DNA of 64,000 nt from an uncultured delta proteobacterium (GCA_963745035.1 CAVUVW010000002.1:128001-192000); one strand, 5' to 3'. Counted from the stretch's first letter, positions 13,637-23,926 are shown. Notes: generated from the letters alone by a model not told the origin. Program-made: numbers and translations.

Positions 13637-13652
13637 TGTCTAAAACTGAACA
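13637..13652. promoter_or_regulatory. Candidate Crp/Fnr-type operator, copy 3 (TGTCT-AAAACT-GAACA)
   Basis: 15/16 identical to copy 1; upstream of the zinc-ribbon gene. Confidence 0.5.
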
Positions 13653-13814
13653 CTCTGAAATCGAGTTATCGGCGATCACGGAGGCTGGATGACCCGGCGA
13701 GATTTCCGCTGTGCCAGTGCGGCGCACATGATGGAAGGGCGGTGAAAGGCGGAGTGATGGGCCTTCTAAAAGATGCTGCCGCAATCGGAAGATTTGTTTA
13801 GCGCCGGAAAGTAC

Positions 13815-14495
13815 CTACGCGATCTGGGCCAGATAATCGCTCAGTTTTTTTTCTTTGATGATGAAGAAGCGATCTTCGTTGGTTTCGATCAATCCCAGGT
13901 GATGGAAGCGCTGCATGAACAAACTGATCCGCGGCCGCGTCGTGCCGACCATCTCGGACAGCTCTTCATGGGTGATCTTGAGCTCGATGCGGATGCTGCG
14001 CGGATCTTTCTTGCCCATCGTGCGCGCTAACTGCAACAGCGTCTGGCCCAATCGCTGCTCGCTGTCCACCGTCACAAGATTGGCGATGACCTGCTGCTGA
14101 TCGGCGATCCGCACGGCCAGGTAGCGCACAAAGCCTTCGAACAGGGAATCCCGTTTCAGACGCGTAAAAAATTGTGCGGAAGGTATGAGCTTTAAGATCG
14201 TTGCTTTCATCGCCGTAGCGGTTTCCAAACGCGCTCCCAACCCGGACAGACACAGCTCGCCGAAAATATCGCCGCCGCCATGGATGGCCAAAAGGCATTC
14301 TCTGCCTTCAGACGACAGCATCAGCAGTTTGACCTGACCGCTCTCGATGAAATAGACCATCTCGTCTTGATCGCCGCTGTTGTAGACACTGGCATGCCGG
14401 GCGACCTTGATCGCCCGAGTGTTGAGGGTCTCACGCTGCAAAGAATCACGCAGTTGTCGCTTGAATTCGTCGGCTTGAGGAGTCTGTTGAATCAT
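13815..14495 (-). CDS. Crp/Fnr-family transcriptional regulator
   Basis: cNMP-binding barrel (VYFIESGQVKL, GDIFGELCL) and HTH THEELSEMVGTTRPRIS. Confidence 0.92.
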   Translation of the reverse strand: MIQQTPQADEFKRQLRDSLQRETLNTRAIKVARHASVYNSGDQDEMVYFIESGQVKLLMLSSEGRECLLAIHGGGDIFGELCLSGLGARLETATAMKATILKLIPSAQFFTRLKRDSLFEGFVRYLAVRIADQQQVIANLVTVDSEQRLGQTLLQLARTMGKKDPRSIRIELKITHEELSEMVGTTRPRISLFMQRFHHLGLIETNEDRFFIIKEKKLSDYLAQIA

Positions 14496-14850
14496 GTTCG
14501 TGGCTCCTTTCCGTGACGATATTGCGAGAAGTAAACGTCCTTTAGCACCGTCCCCTATTCCGCGGCTCCGTCCTTGGCAAGGAAATCCTCGTTGACCAAG
14601 AGGCCGGGGTGCTCGGTGGGCAGACCGCGATTCTGCCCCTTCGTCTTATATACCAAGACGCTTGGAAGGGTTCCACATCGACGGGGTGTCACGTTTAAAG
14701 TTACCGAGGACGCGCCATGGAACTTCATTTTGAATCACCCCCGGGTTCCTGCTTTTATCATAACCTTCAACTCGGTCAGACTCCTGCATTGTGACCGTAA
14801 TCTTACGAGGACGGAGCGATTCTGGCCGAAATTGACCAATTCAATCTTTC

Positions 14851-15793
14851 TTAGGCGTCATTATTCAACCGATCCAGGCAAGCACGAACACTGCCGGTCG
14901 CCATGGCGATGCTCGTGTCGGAGGCGCCGTAGTAGAGACGCAGGGTATCGCCATCGGGCGCGAGGGTCGTTCCGCAAGGAAAAACCACGTTGTCAACGTC
15001 ACCGCGCTGCTCATAGATCTTTTTGCGGACCGAAGACCCATTCATCGCTGCGTTTCAAGCAGCGCTCGGGCGCTTCCAAAGCAAACAATGCAAGGCCCAG
15101 TCGATAAATCGCGCCGGCAGCCGTCTGACGCACGCCGTGATAGATCACCAACCAGCCTTGCGGCGTCAGTATGGGAGGTGGAGATAGGCCTATTTTGTTG
15201 GCGTCCCACCAGGCGCCGCGGCGTGCTTCGAGCATCAGCTTGTGGTTGCCCCAGTGGCATAGGTTCTCGGAAAAAGAGATCCACATATGCGCGCGGGGCG
15301 CGCTCACCGGGCGGTGAACCAAAGCCCACTGACCGCGGATCCGATGGGGAAGCAGCGCGGCGTCTTTGTCTTCGGGCGGCATGATCACGCCATAGCGCTC
15401 GAAGTCGCGAAAATTCTCCGTGAGCGCCAACGAAACCCCCGGGCCGTCGCGCGTGTACGCGGTGTAGACCACTGCGTATTTTTTTAGTTCTTCGACGTAA
15501 GTGATGCGCGGATCCTCGATACCCCATAATTCTTCCGGATAACGTTCCGGATCGGCGGGCATCGTCGGCTGGGACTCGATCTGCCAATGATCCACGCCAT
15601 TTACAGAGCGCGCGACGCAAAAATGAGAATGTCCCCGGCGATCTTCGACGCGGCATAACAAGAGCGTGGTGCCGTCGGGCAGCAATGTGGCGCCCGGGTT
15701 GAAAACGCTGTTTACCGGATAAGGCCAATCGGCGGCGCTTAAAATCGGGTTGTGTGTGTGACGTTGAAAGAGCTCGACATGATGATTGGCCAT
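14851..15793 (-). CDS. GH130-family glycosidase/phosphorylase; frameshift near 15020
   Basis: NSVFNPGA, EDPRIT, EDKDAALLP, YHGV motifs; C-terminal YEQRGDVDNVVFPCG and YYGASD in the second frame. Confidence 0.87.
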
Positions 15794-18085
15794 TTAAGAT
15801 CCTGCCTCCACGGTCAGGAGTGTATTTTCAGCCAGGCGCAGTTCCAGGACGGCCTGGAGAAAGGCCAGGGAAGACTCCGCGCCCTGATTTTCGTTCGGAC
15901 GGTCGGCATGCAAGCCGTCCCGGCAACCACCCGTCGTCGGGTCGTAAATAGGAAGGTCAAGATCGTTGCGGCCGAGAAACCAGTCGAAAGCGCGGCGCGC
16001 TTCCTTGTACCAGTTCTTGTCGCCTGTGACTCGATGCGCTTCGAGGCAAGCAGACACCATGGCTTGAGCTTCCACCGGCTGCTGATCGAAGCGAGCGCGT
16101 TCACCGCCGCGCTTGTAAAAACCGTTGGAGCCGATGGGCACAAAATGACCGCCGTTGGTCTTGTCGCGCTGAAGATCAGCAAGCCACGTGAGAGACTCGA
16201 GCGCGGCGTCGTTAATGGTTCTGTTCGGTATCGATTGACCGCACATCAGAAATGCGTGGGGCAGCGCGGCGTTGCAATAACTCAGACTCTTTTCAAACCA
16301 GCGCCATTCATCCGAGCGATTTGCTTGATACAACGTGAGCAGCCGCCCAGCCAATTCCTCGCGCACCTGACTGGCCCGTCGGTCGCCGTCGTAGCGGCGC
16401 AGATATTCGTGAATGCCGATCAGCGCGAAGGCCCACGCCCGAGGACTGGTGGTCGTGAGAATCGCGGGCAATGCTTGCTCGAATAGCCGTCCCGCCATGC
16501 TCTGGAGACCGGGTGTGTTAGAGCGGCCCAACAGCGTGCCCAACGCGCATAGGGTGCGGCCGTGGCTGTCGTCTGAACCGCTCGCCTCCAACCAATTGCG
16601 CTGGTAATCCATAAAATTGCGAAAGCGTTTGGTCTCGCCGTTGAAGGCGTAGCAGATGAAAGCGAGATAGCGCGAGGTCATCTCGGAGACTTCGGAGTGG
16701 CCCAGTTCATTCGCTAAAACACTTACCATCAGCGCTCTGGCATTGTCGTCAACGGTGTAACCTTCCCGGTAGTTGGGCAATGTGAAGAGCGCGTGCTGCA
16801 ACATGCCGGTATCATCGGTCATGCGCCGCAGGTGATCCAGCTTGAGCGGCGGAAGCTCCGCCGGCCGCTTGTCGAGCGGCTTCACCGCGAAAACGCTCGG
16901 TGTGAAATTGCGTTTCTCGGCTCTCGCGCGGGCAAAACTCTCGAGATAGCGCCGCGCCACCTGCGGCCAAATCATCTCCCGTCCGAACATATAAGCGCGC
17001 TTGCGCATCGCGTGGCGCTTGGACTCGTTGTCCAGCAGGTCGATGACTTGCGCGCCTAACGCCGGCGGATCGCGGAACGGCACCAACACGCCGCGTTCGT
17101 CGGCCAACATCTCTTCAGCGTACCAATAAGGCGTCGAGATGACGGCCTTACCCGCGCCGAGCGTATAGGCCAGCGTGCCCGAAACGATCTGTGCAGGATT
17201 CTGATAGGGTGTTACGTAAATATCGGCCGCGCCGATGAATTCGACCAATTCTTCCAACGTGACAAACTGATTGTAAAAAATAACTTGGCCTTCGACGCCT
17301 TTTTCCTGCGCCAGTCGCTGCAAGGACAAACGATAGGTTTCACCGTCCTGCTGCTTGACGTGGGGATGGGTGGCGCCGACGATGAAGTACACGACGTTTG
17401 GATGCTTGGCGAGTATCGCCGGCAAAGCCGCGATAACATTTTCGATCCCTTTGTTCGCGGACAGCAAGCCGAAGCTGAGCAAGACGATCTTGCCCTCGAC
17501 GCCGAAGAGATCTTTATGGAATCCGGGGTCGACGAAGGCTAGATCGGGAATGCCATGCGGGATGAGATCAATTTTCGCCTGTGGGACCCGGTAAATCTCG
17601 CGCAAGAACGTTGCGGCGCGCTCGCTCATGACGACCACGCGATCGGATAACGCCGCCACTTCCTCCAAGACCCGGCGCTGGTGCGTATCCGGTTCGCGCA
17701 GAATCGTGTGAAGCGTGGTTACGATGGGCATGCGCAATTCTCGCAGCAGTGCCAAGATATGACTGCCGGCACGGCCGCCGAAGATGCCGTACTCGAACTG
17801 CAGCGACACGACATCCACGCTATTGATATTCAAGAAATCAGCGGCGCGACGGTAAGAGTCGATGTCCTTTTCAACCAGTTCGAAACGCACCCTGGATGGG
17901 TACGCATAGCCCGATTCGACGTCGTTTACCGGCAGGGCGATGCACGTTGCGCCGGGGTGCTCGACGGCAACCGCCTCACACAAGTCCGTCGTAAACGTGG
18001 CAATACCGCATTGGCGCGGCAGGTAGTTGCCTATAAATGCAATGCGATCGCTGTCTGATTGGTTCGAATGCCGATCCATGAACAT
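15794..18085 (-). CDS. GT4 glycosyltransferase fused to a C-terminal helical glycosidase-like domain
   Basis: PRQCGIATFT, FGLLSANKGIE, SGTLAY, STPYWYAEE; C-terminal DDNARAL, FDQQPVEA, NQGAESS. Confidence 0.88.
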   Translation of the reverse strand: MFMDRHSNQSDSDRIAFIGNYLPRQCGIATFTTDLCEAVAVEHPGATCIALPVNDVESGYAYPSRVRFELVEKDIDSYRRAADFLNINSVDVVSLQFEYGIFGGRAGSHILALLRELRMPIVTTLHTILREPDTHQRRVLEEVAALSDRVVVMSERAATFLREIYRVPQAKIDLIPHGIPDLAFVDPGFHKDLFGVEGKIVLLSFGLLSANKGIENVIAALPAILAKHPNVVYFIVGATHPHVKQQDGETYRLSLQRLAQEKGVEGQVIFYNQFVTLEELVEFIGAADIYVTPYQNPAQIVSGTLAYTLGAGKAVISTPYWYAEEMLADERGVLVPFRDPPALGAQVIDLLDNESKRHAMRKRAYMFGREMIWPQVARRYLESFARARAEKRNFTPSVFAVKPLDKRPAELPPLKLDHLRRMTDDTGMLQHALFTLPNYREGYTVDDNARALMVSVLANELGHSEVSEMTSRYLAFICYAFNGETKRFRNFMDYQRNWLEASGSDDSHGRTLCALGTLLGRSNTPGLQSMAGRLFEQALPAILTTTSPRAWAFALIGIHEYLRRYDGDRRASQVREELAGRLLTLYQANRSDEWRWFEKSLSYCNAALPHAFLMCGQSIPNRTINDAALESLTWLADLQRDKTNGGHFVPIGSNGFYKRGGERARFDQQPVEAQAMVSACLEAHRVTGDKNWYKEARRAFDWFLGRNDLDLPIYDPTTGGCRDGLHADRPNENQGAESSLAFLQAVLELRLAENTLLTVEAGS

Positions 18086-18135
18086 CTCCTACTCTTTGGC
18101 TGCTCTTTGCTCGCTCTTTCCGGGTGCAGAAACGC

Positions 18136-18167
18136 AAAGAGGCGGTACCCATGGGAACCGCCTCTTT
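18136..18167 (-). terminator. Terminator-like hairpin in the 5' leader of the GT4-GH130 operon
   Basis: AAAGAGGCGGT / ACCGCCTCTTT inverted repeat about 50 nt upstream of the GT4 start. Confidence 0.5.
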
Positions 18168-18385
18168 AAGACCCGGTCAAGATTGGACCGAGCATGCGCT
18201 GATTGGACTTTGGGATACCAACAATTACATCGATCGTGAGTATATCAGAGTTTGTTCCTAAAGATAGCTTCGGTCATATCGCCAGAATACTTTTGTCAGG
18301 GCTCGCAACGAGCCTAGCAGCGCCGATGAAAAATGTCTAAACTCCTAGTCAGACCAATAACATCGGCTTTTGCAGAAAAGGATGC

Positions 18386-18667
18386 ATGATGAAGCTCGGA
18401 CTACTCGCTGTGATGTTGCTGATTGTGGCCTGCGCTCCGTCTCAACCCTACCGCCCCGGACCAGCTCCCTACTCCGGAAGCTCAGGAAGCGGAACTAGCG
18501 CCGGAACGAGCAGCAGCGCCGTCACCACCCAGACCAAGCCTGCCACCAGCTATAGCCAAGACACAGTCGAATGTGAACGCAAGGCCGCGCTCTCTCAAGC
18601 CGGCAGCAAAGGGGAAGCCTTCGCGAAATGCATGCGGGAAAAGGGGCACTCGCCGGGCCGAAACTAG
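18386..18667 (+). CDS. Small lipoprotein with Ser/Gly/Pro linker and a Cys pair
   Basis: Lipobox LIVAC; ECERKA...FAKCMREKG. Confidence 0.75.
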   Translation: MMKLGLLAVMLLIVACAPSQPYRPGPAPYSGSSGSGTSAGTSSSAVTTQTKPATSYSQDTVECERKAALSQAGSKGEAFAKCMREKGHSPGRN

Positions 18668-18838
18668 TTTGAGAGATTCCGGCGCCCGTCGCTAAATCCT
18701 CGCAGCGCAGACTTGGCGCCTCGAGATCCAACATGCCGGTCGTCGCGCTACACCGCATTTGACAGTTGACACGCCCGCACCAGGTTCATTAGTGTTCGGC
18801 TGCTGGCGGTATACATTTCCCAGAAGGGAAACTCGCTC

Positions 18839-20134
18839 GTGAAGAGAGTATTGGCCATAATCTTGGGTGGCGGCGCCGGCACCCGGCTCTATCCGCTCAC
18901 CAAGCTCCGTGCCAAACCGGCGGTTCCGCTCGGCGCCAAGTACCGGCTGATCGATATTCCGATCAGCAACTGCATCAATTCTGAAATCCAAAGAATCTAC
19001 GTCTTGACCCAGTTCAATTCCGCCTCGCTCAACCGCCATATCGCGCGCACCTATCATTTGGCGGGAGCCGGCTTCTCTCAGGGATTCGTCGAGGTGCTGG
19101 CCGCCCAACAAACTCAAGATAACCCGAGCTGGTTCGAAGGAACCGCCGACGCGGTGCGCAAGTATTTGTGGCTGTTCGCGGAGTTGGATGTCGATCAATA
19201 TCTGATTCTCTCCGGCGACCATCTGTACCGGATGAACTACGCGGATTTCATCTATCGTCATCGCCAGACTCGGGCCGATGTCACGATATCGGTAGTGCCG
19301 ATGGATGAGCAGCGGGCGTCCGACTTCGGATTGATGAAGATCGACAAGCAGGGGCGAGTAACCGCTTTCAATGAAAAACCGAAAGGCGCTGCGCTAAAGA
19401 AGAGCCAGGTGGACACAACCGTTCTCGGACTGCCGCCGGAAGAAGCGCAGAATTCACCTTATATCGCGTCGATGGGCATTTATGTTTTCGAGAAGCAGGT
19501 ACTGCACCATCTCTTGACCCGGGCGCCTGACTGCACCGATTTCGGCAGAGAAATTCTGCCCGCGGCCTTGAGCAGCCACAACGTCCAAGCCTACCTCTTC
19601 AACGATTACTGGGAAGACATCGGGACCGTCGAATCGTTTTACAACGCCAATCTTGCGCTGACGGAACAGCCCGACCCGCCCTTCAGCTTCTATGACGAAA
19701 AGGCGCCGATCTACACGCGCTCGCGCTATCTGCCGCCGACGAAGCTGCTCGACAGCAAGGTCATCGAATCCATGATCGGCGAGGGCTGCATCCTCAAAGA
19801 GTGCACGGTCAAACGATCCGTCATCGGCATCCGCTCGCGCATCGAAACCGGCTGCGTCATCGACAATGCTTTGTTGATGGGATCGGACTTTTACGAATCG
19901 CCCGCGGAGCGCGCGCAGTGCCTGGAAAGCGGCAAGGTTCCCCTCGGAGTCGGCGCCCATACGACGATTCGCAAAGCGATCATCGACAAAAATGCGCGCA
20001 TCGGCCGCAACGTTCAGATCGTGAATCAAGACGGCGTGATCGAGTGCAGCCGGGAAGATCTCGGCTTCGTGATCCAGAACGGCATCGTCGTGATCATCAA
20101 AAACGCCACGATTCCGGACGGGACGATCATCTAG
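18839..20134 (+). CDS. glgC: Glucose-1-phosphate adenylyltransferase, cyanobacterial/plant type
   Basis: [48 protein letters not shown]-terminal [11 protein letters not shown]. Confidence 0.96.
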   Translation: MKRVLAIILGGGAGTRLYPLTKLRAKPAVPLGAKYRLIDIPISNCINSEIQRIYVLTQFNSASLNRHIARTYHLAGAGFSQGFVEVLAAQQTQDNPSWFEGTADAVRKYLWLFAELDVDQYLILSGDHLYRMNYADFIYRHRQTRADVTISVVPMDEQRASDFGLMKIDKQGRVTAFNEKPKGAALKKSQVDTTVLGLPPEEAQNSPYIASMGIYVFEKQVLHHLLTRAPDCTDFGREILPAALSSHNVQAYLFNDYWEDIGTVESFYNANLALTEQPDPPFSFYDEKAPIYTRSRYLPPTKLLDSKVIESMIGEGCILKECTVKRSVIGIRSRIETGCVIDNALLMGSDFYESPAERAQCLESGKVPLGVGAHTTIRKAIIDKNARIGRNVQIVNQDGVIECSREDLGFVIQNGIVVIIKNATIPDGTII

Positions 20135-20175
20135 TCAGACTCTGCGGCTCTTCACCCAATTGGCCTTTGGCAGAT

Positions 20176-20913
20176 TCACGGCTCGCGAGCGCGTCCTTGA
20201 TTGCCGCTCTCGATCTCGCCGCGCCGTTGAAGAGCGAGGGCAATACGCCAGCATAACGTCGCCCAGGCCGCGCCGGCGCACCAACCGGCGAGCACATCTG
20301 TCGGCCAGTGAACTCCAAGGTAAACCCGGCTCACGCCCACCAGGAAAGTGAGCAGAATAGCGACGCTCAAAATGTAGATCTTAACCCGGGGCGGTCCCTC
20401 GACTCGTGACAGCAGGGCGCCGAGCGTCAGGTAAACCACGGCCGAAAGCATGGCATGACCGCTCGGGAAGCTGGCCGAGCTTACTTCGACGAGGTGAGGC
20501 ACGACCGTGGGGCGCGGTCTGGCAAAAATGAGCTTTAAAATTGTGCTGAGCAAACTGCCGCCCGCAACCGAGGCGAGCACGAAATTCGCGGCGGCCTGCT
20601 TGCCGTCGATGAACAAGAAACCAATGACGGCCGCCGTCATCAAAATTAGTATCGTGCTGCCACCGAGGCTGGTGATGTCACGGAACATGAGCTCGACCCA
20701 ACCGGGACCTACAGGGTCCGAGCTGTCGGTGGGACTGCGCAAAGCCAGCAGCACGAACCGATCAAACGCATGCGGTTCGCCTTCGATCATCTCCATCAGT
20801 TCGGAAAAGATGAGCACGCCGCCCGCAACGATAAGAATCGAAACCAGAGTTCCTGCCTCGACAGCGGGCCAAGAGATAGTTAGGCGGCGGATATCGAACC
20901 AGCGAGAGGCCAT
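20176..20913 (-). CDS. PAP2-family membrane phosphatase
   Basis: K...RPRP, FPSGH, SRVYLGVHWPTDV motifs. Confidence 0.92.
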   Translation of the reverse strand: MASRWFDIRRLTISWPAVEAGTLVSILIVAGGVLIFSELMEMIEGEPHAFDRFVLLALRSPTDSSDPVGPGWVELMFRDITSLGGSTILILMTAAVIGFLFIDGKQAAANFVLASVAGGSLLSTILKLIFARPRPTVVPHLVEVSSASFPSGHAMLSAVVYLTLGALLSRVEGPPRVKIYILSVAILLTFLVGVSRVYLGVHWPTDVLAGWCAGAAWATLCWRIALALQRRGEIESGNQGRAREP

Positions 20914-21003
20914 AGATACTCACTCTACCACGACGTGCGAAAAACGGTGACGGCAACCGGACCGAGGACTCATTGATCAATCTTCGCCTTTTTCTTCCTC
21001 ATG

Positions 21004-22131
21004 CTACCTTCGACCAGCTTGTACTCGAACAACCGGCATTCGAGCGCACCGTTGATAAAGCGGCGTGCGCTTGGAGGCGGCGAGGTGAATGAGCTTGGGT
21101 AGCTGCATGTCGGCGCTGAGCAGATATGCGCGCCAGCCGGTGAATTGCTTCTTCAATACATCGCCGAGCTTGGGATAAAAATCCGCCAGCTCTTCCTGCT
21201 CTCCGAGCCGCACGCCGTAGGGCGGATTGGTAACGATGATTCCCTCATTTTCCGGCGCGGTGAGTTCCAGTACGTCGGCTTTCTTGAGATTGACGATCTT
21301 GTCCATGCCCGCCGCCGCAAGGTTCGTTCGCGCCGCGTTCACTGCGTCGAGGGAAAGATCGCTGCCGTAGATCGCCAGTCGCCTCTTTGCCCGTCTGCAC
21401 GCCGCCGCTTGTTGGGTCAGCTCGCGCCAGCGGCGCGAGTCGAAATTCTTGAATTTTTCGAAGGCAAAATGACGCCCGAGGCCGGGCGCGATATCGAGCG
21501 CCATGTGCGCCGCTTCCAGCAGTATGGTGCCGCTGCCGCACATCGGATCGAGCAAGGGAATGCCCGGAGTCCAGCCCGCAAGGCGGAGGATGCCCGCGGC
21601 GAGATTTTCCCTGAGTGGCGCTTCACCGGCAGCCAAGCGCCGGCCGCGCTTGAATAGCGGTTCGCCGCTGGTGTCGAGATACAAAGTGAAATCGCGCTCC
21701 GTCAAATGCGCTTGCAGCGGCACGTCCGGCGCGCGCGTGTCGACACTCGGACGCCGGCCGGAGAGACTGCGCATCTTGTCGCACACCGCGTCCTTGATTT
21801 TCAGGGTGGCGAAATTGAGGCTCGCGAGCGGGCTTTTGGTCGCCGAGACATCGACGCGGATCGTGCGCGCCGGTTCGAAGAAATCGGTCCAGCGCGGCGC
21901 CTGGGAGATGCGGTAAATATCGGCCTCGCTCGAATAGCCGCCGCTCGCCACCTGCCAAAGCACCCGGCTCGCCAGGCGGCTTTCGAGATTGATGCGATAG
22001 CAGAGAAAAAAATCGCCGGCGAACTGAACGCCGCCGCCGACCGCGTGGACCTTCTCGGCGTTGAGGCCCCGCAATTCGTCGGCGAGCAGCAGTTCGAGCC
22101 CGCGCGGACAAGTGGCGAAGAACCTGTCCAT
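21004..22131 (-). CDS. rlmL: THUMP-domain 23S rRNA methyltransferase (RlmL-like); frameshift near the C-terminus
   Basis: FFATCPRGLE, APLRENLAA, DPMCGSGT, NPPYG; the expected NGALECRL tail is in another frame. Confidence 0.85.
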   Translation of the reverse strand: MDRFFATCPRGLELLLADELRGLNAEKVHAVGGGVQFAGDFFLCYRINLESRLASRVLWQVASGGYSSEADIYRISQAPRWTDFFEPARTIRVDVSATKSPLASLNFATLKIKDAVCDKMRSLSGRRPSVDTRAPDVPLQAHLTERDFTLYLDTSGEPLFKRGRRLAAGEAPLRENLAAGILRLAGWTPGIPLLDPMCGSGTILLEAAHMALDIAPGLGRHFAFEKFKNFDSRRWRELTQQAAACRRAKRRLAIYGSDLSLDAVNAARTNLAAAGMDKIVNLKKADVLELTAPENEGIIVTNPPYGVRLGEQEELADFYPKLGDVLKKQFTGWRAYLLSADMQLPKLIHLAASKRTPLYQRCARMPVVRVQAGRR

Positions 22132-22160
22132 GAAAATTGGTTATGCTACTTTCTCGAAAC

Positions 22161-22194
22161 AAAAAAAAGGGCAACCGGATCGGTTGCCCTTTTT
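22161..22194. terminator. Intrinsic terminator after the RRM gene
   Basis: A-run, GGGCAACCG hairpin arm, CGGTTGCCC arm, T-run. Confidence 0.85.
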
Positions 22195-22216
22195 CCGAGG
22201 TCGATGCGCTACAAAA

Positions 22217-22552
22217 CTACCAGCGGTTGCCTCTGCCGCCGCCGTCGCGATTGCCGCGACCGCTACCGCTACCGCGGCTGCCGCCGCCGAAATTATCGCG
22301 CTTGGCCATCGGCTTGGCTTCGTTGACCGTCAACGTGCGCCCGTCGAGCTGCGTGCCGTTCAGGGTGTCGATCGCTTTCTGAGCCTCGTCGCCGGAGCTC
22401 ATTTCCACAAAGCCGAAACCCCGGGATTGCCCGGTGAATTTATCGGAAATCACGCTGGCCGACTCGACGGTGCCATGCTCCGAAAAGATTTCCTGCAACC
22501 GGTCGTTGGTCACCGAATATGGCAAACCGCCGACATATAATTTACTACCCAT
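22217..22552 (-). CDS. RRM RNA-binding protein with Gly-rich tail
   Basis: RNP2 KLYVGGL, RNP1 RGFGFVEM; GGAGGAG RBS. Confidence 0.95.
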   Translation of the reverse strand: MGSKLYVGGLPYSVTNDRLQEIFSEHGTVESASVISDKFTGQSRGFGFVEMSSGDEAQKAIDTLNGTQLDGRTLTVNEAKPMAKRDNFGGGSRGSGSGRGNRDGGGRGNRW

Positions 22553-22869
22553 GTTCTCCTCCTATAGAGAATGTTATTGTCTTTTACCCTGAGAAATGAA
22601 CTGCTAATAGGAGCCGAACATGAGAAGCTGGTCGGATTTTCCTTTAGAAATTGTTCGCAAGGAGAGAGACTGACGTTGGCCTTCAACCTTTTTAATGTCC
22701 TCTATCAGAAGGCCGTATACTGACGAAGATGATTTACCTTAATGACAAATCTTGCGAAAGTCAATGTATCGAGGCAATTTCCGTTTGCGCCGAGAAATGA
22801 CTTGGGTAGTTTTGGCAAGCTGCAAGACGATGCCGCGACCAGAAAAGATTGGCTAAACACGGAGGAATT

Positions 22870-23850
22870 ATGAAGAAACTTGGACGCTCCACTCTGCTCG
22901 TTCTCGTTTTCCTCGCCGGCGGGTTTCTGCCACCCAGCAGCTTCGGCCAAGATCGCATCCGCATCGGCGTGCCGCTCTTCCCGACCGTATCGTATCCGGT
23001 CTTCATCGCTCACGAGCGCGGATTCTTTGACAAGAACGGCATCAAAGCCGAAATCATCCGGATCAACAGCGAGCCGACAACGTATCAGGCGCTTATCTCC
23101 GGCGACATCGACGCCACTTCCGGCGCGCCGACGGGTCTGGTGCAGTCGAACCTGCAAGGAATTCCGGTCGTATCGCTCGGCAGCTGGGATAATCTCGTTT
23201 CCTACACGATGACGACCAAGGAGAAGATCGACGACCTAGCTCAACTCAAGGGCAAGAAAATCGGCATCAATCGTCTCGGCGGCAAATCGTCCCTGATTCT
23301 TCGGGTCATGCTCGAAGACGCGGGGCTCAACACCACCAAGGACGTTACCCTGCTGCAGCTCGGCGGCTCGCAGGAAAGACTCGCCGCCCTCGTTCGCGGC
23401 GGCATCGACGCCGCGCCGGTGGACTTCGCCTTTGAGCCGAAGATGAAGCAGATGGGCTTTCATCTGGTGCAGGGCAAGAAAACACCCTTCATGAACGGAC
23501 CGATCGTCGTCACCGCGGCTTCACTTAAAGCCAACCGCGGCAAGTGGGTGCGTTTCGTCAAGGCTTATATGGAAGCGACCCATTTCATGACGATTAACAA
23601 GGAAGGCTCGATGCAGGTGCTCCGGAAAATTATCCCGGGCGATGAGAAGGAAATGCTGGAACATGCCTATGAAGAGATGCGCGCCCGAGCCACGGTGGAT
23701 CTGGTGCCGCCCGACGCCGCTGTCGAAAATTTGATAAAAATGATGATTTATGTCGATAAGCGCTCGGCGACCGTGGACCGGAGCAAGCTCGCCGACTACT
23801 CGATCGCGAAAGAGCTGGCCCAAAGCAAAACCGTGCCGGCCAGAAAATAA
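22870..23850 (+). CDS. ABC substrate-binding protein, NMT1/SsuA/TauA-like
   Basis: Signal peptide, ERGFFDKNGI, ALISGDID, LKGKKIGI; GGAGG RBS. Confidence 0.85.
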   Translation: MKKLGRSTLLVLVFLAGGFLPPSSFGQDRIRIGVPLFPTVSYPVFIAHERGFFDKNGIKAEIIRINSEPTTYQALISGDIDATSGAPTGLVQSNLQGIPVVSLGSWDNLVSYTMTTKEKIDDLAQLKGKKIGINRLGGKSSLILRVMLEDAGLNTTKDVTLLQLGGSQERLAALVRGGIDAAPVDFAFEPKMKQMGFHLVQGKKTPFMNGPIVVTAASLKANRGKWVRFVKAYMEATHFMTINKEGSMQVLRKIIPGDEKEMLEHAYEEMRARATVDLVPPDAAVENLIKMMIYVDKRSATVDRSKLADYSIAKELAQSKTVPARK

Positions 23851-23853
23851 AAA

Positions 23854-23912
23854 TTGGAGTGTTGGCCTCGCTCCCACAGCACTCCAATACTCCACTACTC
23901 CATCACTCCAAC
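23854..23912. repeat. Intergenic hairpin plus 4 x 8-bp ACTCCAnn tandem repeat
   Basis: TTGGAGTGTTG pairs with CAGCACTCCAA; actccaat-actccact-actccatc-actccaac. Confidence 0.75.
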
Positions 23913-23926
23913 TGAATTCATTACCC

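Noticed and set aside
23750-23926. N-terminal extension of the carboxyltransferase containing LQYSTTPSLQ
   Set aside because: It is the translation of the ACTCCA intergenic repeat and overlaps the upstream gene. Family similarity starts at MSEIRFIDTT.
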